The translations under genes and the position numbers were made by a program. A stretch of 64,000 nucleotides of DNA, from assembly GCA_048013815.1 (NCBI GenBank), contig CM106586.1:22692001-22756000 (forward strand), written 5' to 3'. A model generated the notes under the pieces. It was not told the DNA's origin and made no database searches. It was given only the letters and a program-made list of their open reading frames with translations. Position 1 is the stretch's first letter. Every line of letters begins with the position of its first letter. This stretch comes from Setoptus koraiensis (taxonomy: Eukaryota; Animalia; Arthropoda). Below are positions 40,069 to 52,060 of the stretch, piece by piece.

Positions 40069-41383
40069 ATGGGCCTCGAGTCGCTCGAGTCGAGTGAGCC
40101 CAACGAGTTGCAGCCGGCTGACGAGGTAAACCTGCCAGTGAGTGAGGCTTGCGAGACTCTCACGGCGAGACTCTCACGGTGCGACTGTCATTGTGGGAGG
40201 CGAGTGCACGGGCGCGAACTTGATCTACTTTCGCTTGGCCGCCTCTGGCCGGGCCGCCGGCCGGCCCGCTAGCTGGCAGCCGGCGCGCCAACAGCGACAC
40301 AGCGCCCAGCAACGACAACAGCGACAACAGCGACAATAGCAACAACAAGCGCGCTTGTCACATGTTTGTCAGCTCGGCGTCGCTCGCTCGACGGGCCTGA
40401 CACTGACATTTGGCCTAATTTGTGTCGTGCGTGTGTGTGTGTGTGTGTGCGAGCTGCTAACAGCTCGAGTGCGTGAACAGCGCAGCCACGATAATGGCTG
40501 GCAATAATGCGGCCCACAATGACATGACGACGCCATGTAGTTGTGCGAGCATTGAAAAATGAACATTCAAATGACATTGCGCTGTCGCTGTTGTGGCGAC
40601 AACGACAGCAGCAACGACAACGACAGCGGCAACGACAACGACAACAGCGACAGCCGACGCTGTTGTGCCACATATTGTGTTGGGACAGCGGCTCACAACA
40701 ACTCGCAACAACAACTCGCAACAACGACACACATAAGACGCTCATAAGACGCTCATAGGACGCGCATAAGACGCACATCGACGCCGAAGGTCTCGGCGCT
40801 CGCTCGGCGACCATTAGCGACAGTCGGCGTAATATTTTGTTTTTTATTTCATTCCGATCTGCATACTCACTGTTGCACTGTTAATTCGTGTACACAATAT
40901 TATCATATATTACATTATATTATCCATCTATAACGCACAATATAACGTATGGCAACTTTACACTTGCTGGCGCTGTCATTCGAGGCTGCACTGATACGCC
41001 ACTAATTGACAGAATCAACTCAGCTCAGTTTGAGCAAGCGACGTATGCCGAGCGTCGTCTGCAAATCGGCCGCCTAGTCGCCCCCGCAAAATCCATCTAT
41101 TTAAGTCTATTTATGTCTATGTCGTCAGCCGATACTCGCAGCTTGGCGCTGCTGTCGAGCCTCGCCAGCTCTCATTGCATCGCTGGAATCGTATCGCTGG
41201 AACTGTATCGCTGCATACAATGAGAGCAGATACAATATTTACAATATTTGCACTATTTGCGCTAGTTAAACTTGTACAATATGCCATTCACGCAAACGAT
41301 ATTCGCGCCCTGTAACGAGCCATGCGATCACATATACACTCACAACAGATAATACGCAATACAAGGCCGCGCGCATTATTATC

Positions 41384-41444
41384 CCATGGTGCCCGTTATC
41401 ATGGTGCCCGTTATCATGGTGCCCGTTATCATGGTGCCCGTTAT
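41384..41444. repeat. Tandem repeat, 4 x 15 bp (ATCATGGTGCCCGTT)
   Basis: Read directly. Confidence 0.9.
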
Positions 41445-44400
41445 GCACGCAACTCGGCGTGTCATTGTCGATGGGGCTCCTCGTTGCGCGCAACAGTGTC
41501 GCACCAATCTCGTCGGGCAGCCCAACAAGTTACAAGCTGCAAGCTACAAGCGAGTCGAGTTATTGTTTGTCCGTCGATCTCGTTTATTTGATTGTTTGCT
41601 CGTTTGTTTATTTGTCAGTTTGTTTGTTTGTCAGTTTGTTTGTTTGTTTGTTTGCCCGCTTGTTTGTTGGCTGGTGGCTGGCAAATTGACCCGGCGGCTG
41701 CTCGACGACAAGTGCAATCGAGGCCAAATTGTCACCAAATTTCGTTGGTGCCAAAGTGTGTCAGCGCGTGCGACAATGTGCCACGCGTTGCAACTGACAC
41801 ATTGTCAAATTGTGACGCATTGTCAAATTGTGACGCCCTGTCCGCTGCACGTGCGCACCCTGGTGGCCAGACCGCACAGGTTGGCCGAGTGGTCGCTGGC
41901 AAGTCGCTCGGCCAACTGACAGCCATTCACACTGTCAGTTGGCCGGCAGTCAGCTGGTCGCATGCCAGCTGATTTGGCTGACAAGCGACAGCTTTGTGAG
42001 CTAAATGTCGGCTTGATGATACCCGTCGGTGCATGGTTGCTGGTGGTGCACAGTTGTGGTGCATGGTGGTGGTGCATGCTTGTGATATAAGCTTGTGATA
42101 TATGCTTGTGATATATGCTTGCGATATATGGTTGTGGTGCGAGATGCGGCCAACAATGGCGCGCTGCGGTGTGGCTGCCAATCAATGTCGCGCACTGTCC
42201 GCCAGGTGAGCGCATCAATTGAAACAAGTGCCATGAGACGCCCGCGTGATTGCGCACTGCCGACAAGACGCACTACTTGTGAGTCACAAGACGACGCCCC
42301 GCAACTTGAGAGCCTCGCGATTTGTGAGCCGCAACTTGCGAGCTTCGCGAGATTTGTGGGCCACAAGACGCAATAGGCAAGACGCATTACGCAATAGGCA
42401 ATAGGCAGTACGCAAGCGGCATGTTGCGTCATTACGCTTGATTGGGCACGCCAATCAACAGTACGGGCTGACGCGCACAACAGGTAACAGGTGTGAGTAG
42501 ATGAGCGAATGAGCTTACAAGTTGTTGCATGTGTTGCGACAACATGTTGTCGGCACCACTGGCGCATTGTGGAAGCGTTACTCTGCTCTGGCCATTGTGC
42601 AACCAGCGAGCCCAGGTGAGTTGTTGTTACATAATATGTTGTTACATAATATGTTGTTGTTACACATGTGATGGTGTGTGGTTGTTGACTGGCTGTGGTG
42701 CCAATAGGCGAGTGCGCCGACGACAGTCTAGCGACCACAGCGACCACAGCGACAGGTGACGCCAGCAGCGCAGCACCGACGCAACAAGTGCCAAGTTGGC
42801 GCCATTGTGGCCGGCTCACATAATCCCTCTCTCTCTCTCTCTCTCTCTGTCCCGCCGCAACCAAAACAACGACAGCAGCAACCAAAACAACAACGGCGGC
42901 AACCGCAACAACAACAGCGGCAACAACATCGGCAACAACAGCAACAACCGCGCCAGCGACAACGTCGAGACCAGGACGACGACAGCCGCAGCCGAAGCCA
43001 AGAGTGTAGCGGTGCCGACACGACAGCCGCTGGCTAGACGATGACGCGGCTGAGGCTCAACGGGCGCAAGTTGATCGCCTGAGTCACTGTTGGCGGATGC
43101 ACAACTTGCCAGCCGTTGCCGTCGCTGTTGTTGTTGTTGTCGTTGTTGTTGCTGTTGTTGCTGTTGTTGTTGCCGTTGATGTTGTGGTTGCCGTCGCTGT
43201 TGTCGCTGTTGTCGCTGTGGTTGCCGCTGATGCGGATGCTGTCGCTGTTGCTGTGGTCGCGCATTTGCATAACGTTACATAACGCCATGCGAGGCTGCAT
43301 GACATGGTTGTACATGCGTGCCAGGCGCAGCTACAACAAACTTGCCGCTGTGATGCGATTAGCTGATGAGCCAGACGAGACGAGCGACGAGCGGCCCCAA
43401 TGTCGGCCCATTGTTGTCGGCGAGCACAGCGTGAGACTGACTGTGGTGCGAGCCCACAATTTGAGAGCCCACAACTTGAGAGCCCACAACTTGCCAGCCG
43501 CAACACAGTCAGTCTAAACATAAATACAGTCATGCTTGCCAATGTTTATTTACATTTGCAAAAACAATTATATTAAAACAAAAACAATTATATTAAAACG
43601 AAAACAATTATTACATAACACAGCAATCGAAATATATCTTGCGCAGTATTATAGGCAGTATGTATTCGCATGAGTATATTACTTGTGTGATGTATTATGT
43701 AATATTGGCACCACACACACACATATGCGAGAGTCGCTCATTGTGAGTCATTATCATGAGTTACGTCATAAGTCGCGCTGATCGCTGGCGGCAACGGCCG
43801 CTCGTGCTGGCCGGCCGGCCGGCTCACTGGCAATCATGCCAATTGCATGCACTGTTGACAATGAAGCGCACAACAAGCATAAAAGGATAATATAAAGATT
43901 AAGACAGACAGAGAGAGATACACAAAGATAATTGACACGACGCGCTTCGGCAACATTGGGCAACAATTCCACTTCCACTTGCATGGCTACAAGCTGGCAA
44001 CTGGCGCTTAATGAGCCCAATCACAGCGGACAGTCCGACAATGACATGCAAGCCGCCAACTGTAGCTAATGGCGCCTCGCTTGCATTTGTTTACAAGTCG
44101 CTGATACTGCACAATACCCATGTTACGTATTACGTAATACAGTATTATATTATATTATACGCTACTGATTGCAAAGGTTAAAAATAGAGGCAGCTCATTA
44201 TGCATGTGAGTTGCGTAATGATTGATTGGCCAGCATCTCAATTTGCGAGCTCGACAACGGACACTTGTTTCCACTCGATCAGCTGATGGGCAGCCCATTG
44301 GACAGGCCGCATGTCATGCAGCTTGTTATGCAATGAGCCACCGAGCTCGAGCTAATCTCACAAGCTTGTCAGCCTGAGATTGTCAGGTAATCTCAAATAA

Positions 44401-47400
44401 TCTCAAATTAGTGCATGTAATTAGTGTGACTTGTGTAACAGCAACGAGCGACGCTGCCAAGTGCCGCTCGTTGCTGCACTGTTCAACAACAGTGACTGTC
44501 GTCGTCGCTACCCTCGCTACTGACGCTGTTGCGTCGTTGTTGTGTCGCCGCCGTGTCGCTGTTGTGTCGCTGTTATGTCACTGTGTCAGTGGCTGGCCAG
44601 TGGCTCAGTGACATAACAGAGCCACTGGCGTGCTCACAAGTCCCGAGTCAGCACCGACAAAAGTTGTGCGCTGTCCAAAAGTGCCACCAGCGTTTGTCGC
44701 CGACGGCCGCGGTGACTAGGGTGGCGCTCGTAATCACTCTAATTATTGGACTCTAATAACACTCGGCTTGCCAGACGGGCCGTGGCAAGCTGGCCGGCCG
44801 GCCGGCCGGCCAGTTACCTGTGCTGCGCGACAATCGCCGCTGAGTGGCGCATGATTGTGGCTGTTGTTCTTTTTTCGGCTAACAGCGGCAGCAGTAGCGA
44901 ACCATTAGTCCCATTAGCCGGCCCATTTGGCTCGTCTGCCAGCCAGACGCTGCAAGCGACACAACAGCCGCAGCAGCAGCAGCAGCAGCAACAACAACAG
45001 CAACAACAACGACAGCAACAACATTGCAGTGGTTGTTGCTGCGCCGTCATCATCGCCATTGATATTATTATTGGCACTGTTGCGCAACAGCAACAGCAGC
45101 GGCGCGGCGATAGGCGAACGTCGTGTCAATGCGTCATGTGCTGCCTTGCAGCAGCCACCGACAATTACATAATTACATAATGAGAACAATATTTGTCCAT
45201 TTAAATTATGCACCTTGCGTCGACTGTTGCGCAACTTGGCAACTCTGCTACACTCTGCCGCTGTCTAGGCATACTAGGTATCCAACTACAATAGTACTAT
45301 AATATTATATAATATTTGTAGTGGTCGTGCAGGCAGTCTAGTTTTGTGCCCTTTGTTTGCCAACTGTTGTGCATCATTGTTGCATCATTTTTTACCTGGC
45401 CGCCTTGCACTTGTTACCCTTTCGTAGGCCTGAGCGGCCGGTGTGAGCCCACAGCAGCAGCAACAACGACAACGGCAACAACAGCAGCAACAACAGCAAC
45501 AACAACAACGGCCACAGCAACCTGTTCTCTGCTGATCTCGCTCGCTGGGGGTATCGCTGGCGATAGGAATTAGGCATTGAGATGATCTCTGCTGTTGGCG
45601 ATCGTTGCAACAACGACAGCAGCTCCTGCTGCCAAATGCCGTGGTCGTGCCGGCGAACAACAGACTCCGTCGGACAAACTCTGCCGAACAGAATCCGCCG
45701 AACAGACTCCCTTCGACGGACAGAATGGGAATTGCATTGTATCGCCTGGCCGTGAGTCACCTGGTTGGTCTCGGTTGGCCGATCGCCTGCACCTATGGCG
45801 CAAACTTAGAGTTGGGCCAAACTCACGCTCCGTTTCGCATTTGTATTTCATTCCAGCGAAACCTCGTTTGCTCGCCAGACTCCGCCGGGCCGCAGACTCC
45901 GCGCTGCGGACCGTGCAGGGCAGGCGAGTGTCGCCAACTTATTCTTTTGAAACTCTTGAAACTTTTTAAACTGTGAGCCCCTTTCGAGCGCGGCCCGCAT
46001 GCTTTTTCTATGCGCTCCGCTGGCGCCACACGATCATAATAAGTCAGAATAATATAATAATTGCATAATGAATTGTCTCACTCTAATACCTGAGCGTCGC
46101 TGGCAGCACACAATTCGCTAATGGTTTGTTTGTTCGTCTGGCTCGCTTCTTTCCGTGTTGACATTGCCTGTTTGAGTTGTGAGTTACCTGAGCCAGCGCC
46201 GGTCACCTGTGCCGTGAGTCACTCAGTGAGTGAGTAACTCAGTGGAATGATGCCAATTGTGACCATTAGGCGACATAATGCCCACGATGCCCATAAAGCA
46301 CCGGCCAGTGACCATTTGTGTGGCGCTTCACTGATCACCACCATCACTGATATTGCTGTCGTCGTTGTCGTTGCTGTTGCCATTGGTGTTGCTGTTGTCG
46401 CTGCCATTGCTATTAGAATTGGTATTATTATCAGCTTGCTTGGCTGTTGCGCTGGCGCTGGCGCAATGGCAACCCCATTGCCAGTCGAGTCACGCAGCCC
46501 ACAAGCAAGCGATTGCATGATGAAATGAATTTCGCGAATCGCCATTGTTCGTTGGCTCGCCTAGCGACAAAAAATCGGCAAAATATCGGCGACAGTTTGC
46601 AATTTCGATCGCTCCTCGATCCGCTGTGTGCCGCTCGAGGATGCGCCGGCCTAACCAGACTCGCCTGACTGGCCTGCTTTTTGCACTAAATGCTGGCCGC
46701 CGGCCTGCTGTCGCTGTTGTCGCGGTTGCTGCTGTTGTTGCCGTTGTCGTTGTTGCTGTTGTTGTCGCGGTTGCTGTTGTTGTCGCTGTCGTTGCTGCGG
46801 CTGTTGCTGGCACACCGACAACGACAACGACGACGCCGACAACAAGTGCTGGCTCGAGCGATTCGCACAAATACAAAAATGTGTCGCTGTGGCCGACAGT
46901 GACAGATCAGCCTATCCGAGACAGACAGAGATGCTCCGTTGAGCTGTGGTGGCGCCATTGTTGTGGTCATTGTTCTAGCGCGCTGGCTGTCAATAGTCGC
47001 CTGTCAATGCGCTTGCTGTGCCAACAACGACAACAACAACACCATCAGCAACAACAACAACAACCACAACATCAGCAACAACAACAACAACAACAACAAC
47101 CACAACATCAGCAACAGCAACTACAACAACGGCGCCGGCTATTGGCCACAGTGATATATTCAAGATACATATTCAAGAGTCAGCTCAATTGGGCCGCTTG
47201 CGAGTTCACTCGCCGCTGACAGTTTGTGGCTCGCCAGCGAGCGCAGTTTGTGTCGTGGGAGGCGGCGGCTCATTTTCATCGAATGGCTGCCACTCGCGAG
47301 CTGTTGCTGCCACTCACAACCTGTGAGTCGCAAGCCGTTGTCGGGCCGACGAGAATGGCTCTGGCGAGCGTAGAGAATCGCACTTGTTCCCTCGACTGGC

Positions 47401-47712
47401 TTCGAAACTTTTTTAAAACCTCGTCTTCTTCTTCGAAGCGGCAGCCGCAACAACAACGACAGCGACAACAGCAACAAAAACGGCAACAACGACAACAACA
47501 GCAACAACAGCAACAACAACAACAACAACGGCGACAACAGTCTCTCGGTGGACGACGAGCGACAACAGTGTCGCTTGTCGTGACATGTCGCTCGCTGCCA
47601 CTCATGACAGCGGCCAGACCAACAGCGGCGTATAATGGCGCCATTACTGCGCAACAGCCAGTGTTTAGCCAATCATATAATTGACTTTTGACAGCCAGCC
47701 GAGTCGCACTGC

Positions 47713-47774
47713 ATACAGACTCTGTATTACAGACTCTGTATTACAGACTCTGTATTGCAGACTCTGTATTGCAG
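47713..47774. repeat. Tandem repeat, ~4 x 14 bp of a self-complementary unit (ATACAGA-C-TCTGTAT)
   Basis: Read directly. Confidence 0.9.
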
Positions 47775-49033
47775 AGTGGCCATTAGAGACCCGCTGTAAT
47801 ACAGAAACTGTGCGGACAGCCAGAGATATTCCCATGGCGGAGGCCCCTCACGGTATCGTTTGGCTACTTGTTGTTGCCGGTTGCGTAATGTGTGTGCAGG
47901 GCAATTGTTGTGGCGAGCTCGCAACAAGCTTGTCGCGGCGTGATTGTTGGTTTGGGCGCCAATTTCAAATTTTCGAATTTTTCGTTGCGAACGTAGCGTT
48001 CGCAAAAAAGGCCTCGCCAGCCTCGGCGCAGTGTGTGGGAAGCTGGCGTTGCCGAGCTCGTCAACAAGAGCTGCCATAGTAATGCTGCGATAGTGATGCC
48101 GCTGTTGTCGTCGAGACGATTATCTCCTCGGCGCGGAATGGATGCTCGCAGTCCTCGGCGCGGATCCGCAGACTGACTGGCCAAGACTGTGAGAACTGCT
48201 GCATCTTGACTCAAGATTCTTGAGAGATCTAGTGCAGAGATGTTGCCGCTGTGGGGCGGGGTCTTGCCGCCATTGCGCTCCGACGATTGCAGTGAGTCAG
48301 CTGACAATTGTGAGCGAGTGGCACGCAATAAGGAGATCATGCTCACTCACAATGTTGCGAGGTTGCGTGTCTTGAGAGTTGCGCGTCGTCGTTGTTGCCG
48401 CCGCCGCCGGCCAGTCTGTGCGCCCCGAGAGCGCCGTTGTGCAGTTGATTGTGCAACCCGTTGCACAACGGCCGCGCTTGTGCCTTGTTGCAGCGAGTCT
48501 TGTGAGCTGTGCTGCTGCAGTGACCGTGGCCAACTGGGTGGAGCTCGCACTGCCCACAGGCGCGCAAGCGAGCCAGCGAGCATGCTCCGTGCGGCCGCAC
48601 AGCGGGCTACACAATCGGCGATCCAACGCACACACACACACACACACACACAATAGCAGCAACAACCGCCATCGATCACTCATTCGACGACTGGCGACCG
48701 AGCGACACCAGACAATGTTATCATCACCACAGCATCATTATTATCTATTATTATCCATTATTATCATCCATTACAATTGATTATTATTCATTGACCAGAC
48801 AGCTACACGGCGCCCACTGTGAAGCTCGTTCATTAGATAGTCTTCGGCGTAGTCACAGTTAGATTATTGCGTAACAATAATCGTCGTCGCCCTTGGCGTG
48901 ACAAGCAAACAAATCATTTCATCAGCGTCTCAATTAGCGTTGACATAGCCCAGCAGTCAGCACACACACACACAGTGAATTGATAGTGAACACATATTAT
49001 TCATTCAATAATACTAATATCAATATCGACAAC

Positions 49034-49092
49034 AGTTATTCGACAATTATTCGACAATTATTCGACAATTATTCGACTATTATTCGACAATT
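49034..49092. repeat. Tandem repeat, 5 x 11 bp (TTATTCGACAA)
   Basis: Read directly; lies immediately upstream of the acceptor-like AG at 49097-49098. Confidence 0.9.
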
Positions 49093-49103
49093 AACCAGGC
49101 AAA

Positions 49104-50684
49104 ATGACGGCCAGCAGCGAGAAAAAGATCATCAACAACGGCCCATTGGCCATCAGCACAGAGGCAAGCCCAGAGAAGACGGACAAGATCATATTGGCGC
49201 TTAGTCCGCAGAGATGTGATAAAGCCACAGATGAGCTTATAACAAACAAATTCAATCTATTGGCCAAGAAGACACTAGACGAGTTTCGCAATCCGCCACT
49301 AGTTATTTTTCAAACCATCGACGACATCCTACTGGAGCCATCCTCTTTTATTGACCACGGATACGGGGTGGCCTCCATTGTGCCAGGACACAAGGACTAC
49401 AGGAAAGATGCTAGACTCAACAGCCCCGTTAACGGTCACCAGGACAAACAGCATCTCCAGGAACAACAACAACTGCTACTGCAACAACAACAACAACAAT
49501 TGCAGCAGCAAAAATTGCAACAACAACAACGACAACTGCAACAACAGCAGCAACAGCAACAACTACAACAACAGAAACTACAACAACAGCAGCAACAACT
49601 GCAGCAACAGAAAATACAACTAGAACAACAGCAGAAATTACAACTGGAGCAACAGCAAAAATTACAACTGGAGCAACAGCAGAAATTACAACTGGAGCAA
49701 CAGCAGAAATTGCAACAAGAGCAAAGATATCAGCATCAACAACTTCAACAAAAGCTACAACAGCAACAAACACCACCATTGAAGCAACAACCACAGCAAC
49801 AACCGCAAAGCCAACAACCACAACAGCAACAACCACAACAGCAACTACAAACACAACAACAACAACAGCAATCACTGTATCAACAACAACCACCACAACA
49901 ACAACCGCAGCAACCACAACAACAACAGCATCAGGAACAAAAATATCTACAAAATTCTCTCTATCAAGAGCAACAAAAACAACAGCAAGAGATACAACAA
50001 GAGCTACAGCAACCTCAGCAACAGAGACCCAAATCGCCCTATCACTATGTGCAACATAGTACCAAAAATTGTACCAAAAACCCTTCGAGTAAAAGCACAT
50101 CTTTGCCACCTATCAAGGAATCGCCACCAAACAACAAAGTCTCGAATTTCAAGTACAGCGACGAGGAGTCAACCACAGAATCTAGCGATGATAGCCACTC
50201 TATCCAGTATCGTAAATTCAAACTGATGAGACATCAAAATGGTCACGCTCGCCAGAGAGGAGTGCAACGATCGTCAACTGTTGCAGCTTTTGCTTATAAC
50301 AATAACCTGTCCAAAACTGACCACAACAATCATAACGGAGGAGGCAATGGTTATGAGTATTGGCCACCAAGTGAGGAAAGCAATTTATATAAACTCCATA
50401 ATAATTCATCTGCCAACAATTTGCGCCTTAGTGATGATGAAATTATTATTATACCAAGTCAGACGCCTGCAATTAACTCAGATGGGGCCGATGAGGAAGT
50501 TGAGCGATTTAGTATAAGCAAAACAAAGAGCTTCTGGGAGCGCTTATCCGCAAAAAATAATAGCAATAATAAGAGAAACAAAAGTGATAATAATACCACC
50601 TCCTACAATCGTTGTCATGATAGTCAGCAACAATCACAACAACAAATTCTTGATAGAAACCATCGCTTTAGACAAACACGTTAG
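49104..50684 (+). CDS. 526-aa Gln-rich protein or terminal exon of unknown function
   Basis: ATG in CAAAATG context (same as eEF2 and RpS24), preceded by acceptor-like TTAACCAG at 49091-49098. Non-repetitive N-terminal ~110 aa, a central poly-Q with QQKLQLE repeats, and a C-terminal SKTKSFWERLS segment. Confidence 0.7.
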   Translation: MTASSEKKIINNGPLAISTEASPEKTDKIILALSPQRCDKATDELITNKFNLLAKKTLDEFRNPPLVIFQTIDDILLEPSSFIDHGYGVASIVPGHKDYRKDARLNSPVNGHQDKQHLQEQQQLLLQQQQQQLQQQKLQQQQRQLQQQQQQQQLQQQKLQQQQQQLQQQKIQLEQQQKLQLEQQQKLQLEQQQKLQLEQQQKLQQEQRYQHQQLQQKLQQQQTPPLKQQPQQQPQSQQPQQQQPQQQLQTQQQQQQSLYQQQPPQQQPQQPQQQQHQEQKYLQNSLYQEQQKQQQEIQQELQQPQQQRPKSPYHYVQHSTKNCTKNPSSKSTSLPPIKESPPNNKVSNFKYSDEESTTESSDDSHSIQYRKFKLMRHQNGHARQRGVQRSSTVAAFAYNNNLSKTDHNNHNGGGNGYEYWPPSEESNLYKLHNNSSANNLRLSDDEIIIIPSQTPAINSDGADEEVERFSISKTKSFWERLSAKNNSNNKRNKSDNNTTSYNRCHDSQQQSQQQILDRNHRFRQTR

Positions 50685-52060
50685 CTTCGTTCATACAGAT
50701 ACATGTAAATACAGGCGTATTTAGACAATATTAACTATCTACACACTCACACACACATATATATAGAAATATATACTCACAACTATTACTAGTCCAAAGA
50801 TTGTCGACTATAATGCGAAATGGACGAATGTGAATTCCTTCATTGGTGTTGTTACATATATACAATTATATATCCGGTGCAATTACTTCACTAACAACAA
50901 TCCCCTTATTGAAATCCTCTAGAAGGTAAAAGTGATTCGCTCAAAAGTATTATCTCATTTTAGACTGTGATGCGTCCCTAAATAACATTGTATTAATTGG
51001 ACAAGGAGGCCCGCACTACGAATTGCTTTTCCTTTCATTTAATTCATTTAGAGATAGAGAGGCGATTGAATGATCTCTAGCATCCCGGTCGGATTTACAG
51101 ATCATTCACTATAGATATAAGTTGCGCGAAACAATAACAATATTATTTGATCATTCGTTATTAAAATATTATGAATAATCGAATAATTAACAGGTTGTAC
51201 ATAATTTACAGAATACATTAAACACTTCAATTTGGTCAGGTATACAATTTACATACTACTTGAATAATATCACTTGACGCTCACAATTTGTTCAAAGTAT
51301 AACATCTTGTTTACAAAAATATTAATCCAAGGAGTCATTGCTACCATCTCTATACCTCCTTTTTCACTAATTACACTAAGTATTACATGGCAGTTACATC
51401 TTCTATTACATTATTTTTTACTATGTACTCTACGTCATTATTAGAGCAACAAGCAAAAATAGGTTTCGTTTATTATTGAGAAGTGGTTCATTTCACCTTT
51501 CAGCTCCATTAATCGTAATCGTCATGTCACGAGATGATTGATGATTACGCGGCTTCCCGTTTTTCAGGACTTTCATTTGTTGTATCGTCAATTAATTAAT
51601 ATACAACTTAGAGTACAGATCATTATCATTGATATCAGTATTATTACTATTACTATCATTATTACAATCGCAACCAACAGTAATAATAATAATAATCCAT
51701 TCTCGTCTATATATGTGTGTGTCTTATGTTTGTTTCTTCGTGGACCAACCAATTAATTAATGTTCATCGAAGCTTGAGTGTGTTGATTGTATTTATGATA
51801 TGATGATTAGTAATAAGCGTGTTTTTTTGATTCGAAAGTAGCTGCATTGAATTGTTTGAATGATGATGATGTTGTCTATTTCCTTGTTGCATAATAATGA
51901 TCAGAGGTGCAATGATGATGTAAATGTACCAATTTATACATCATCTATTATATATTTTTCATATAGAGCATATACTATATATTTATATATAGATATATAT
52001 ATATATACACATTTATATAAATGATAACTATCTATTATTTAAAGAACGACAAGGCTGAGC

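Noticed and set aside
1026-48780. Hundreds of short ORF-track entries (poly-C, poly-L, poly-V, poly-T)
   Set aside because: They are antisense or alternate-frame shadows of CAA/CAG repeats and microsatellites, with no family motifs.
30753-49092. CRISPR-like arrays
   Set aside because: Units are head-to-tail without unique spacers, there are no cas genes, and the context is eukaryotic.
51067-51108. 10-bp stem hairpin TGAATGATCT...AGATCATTCA (similar small hairpins at about 13168-13194 and 51506-51541)
   Set aside because: Too short for a pre-miRNA, with no SECIS quartet or H/ACA architecture; such stems are expected by chance in 64 kb.
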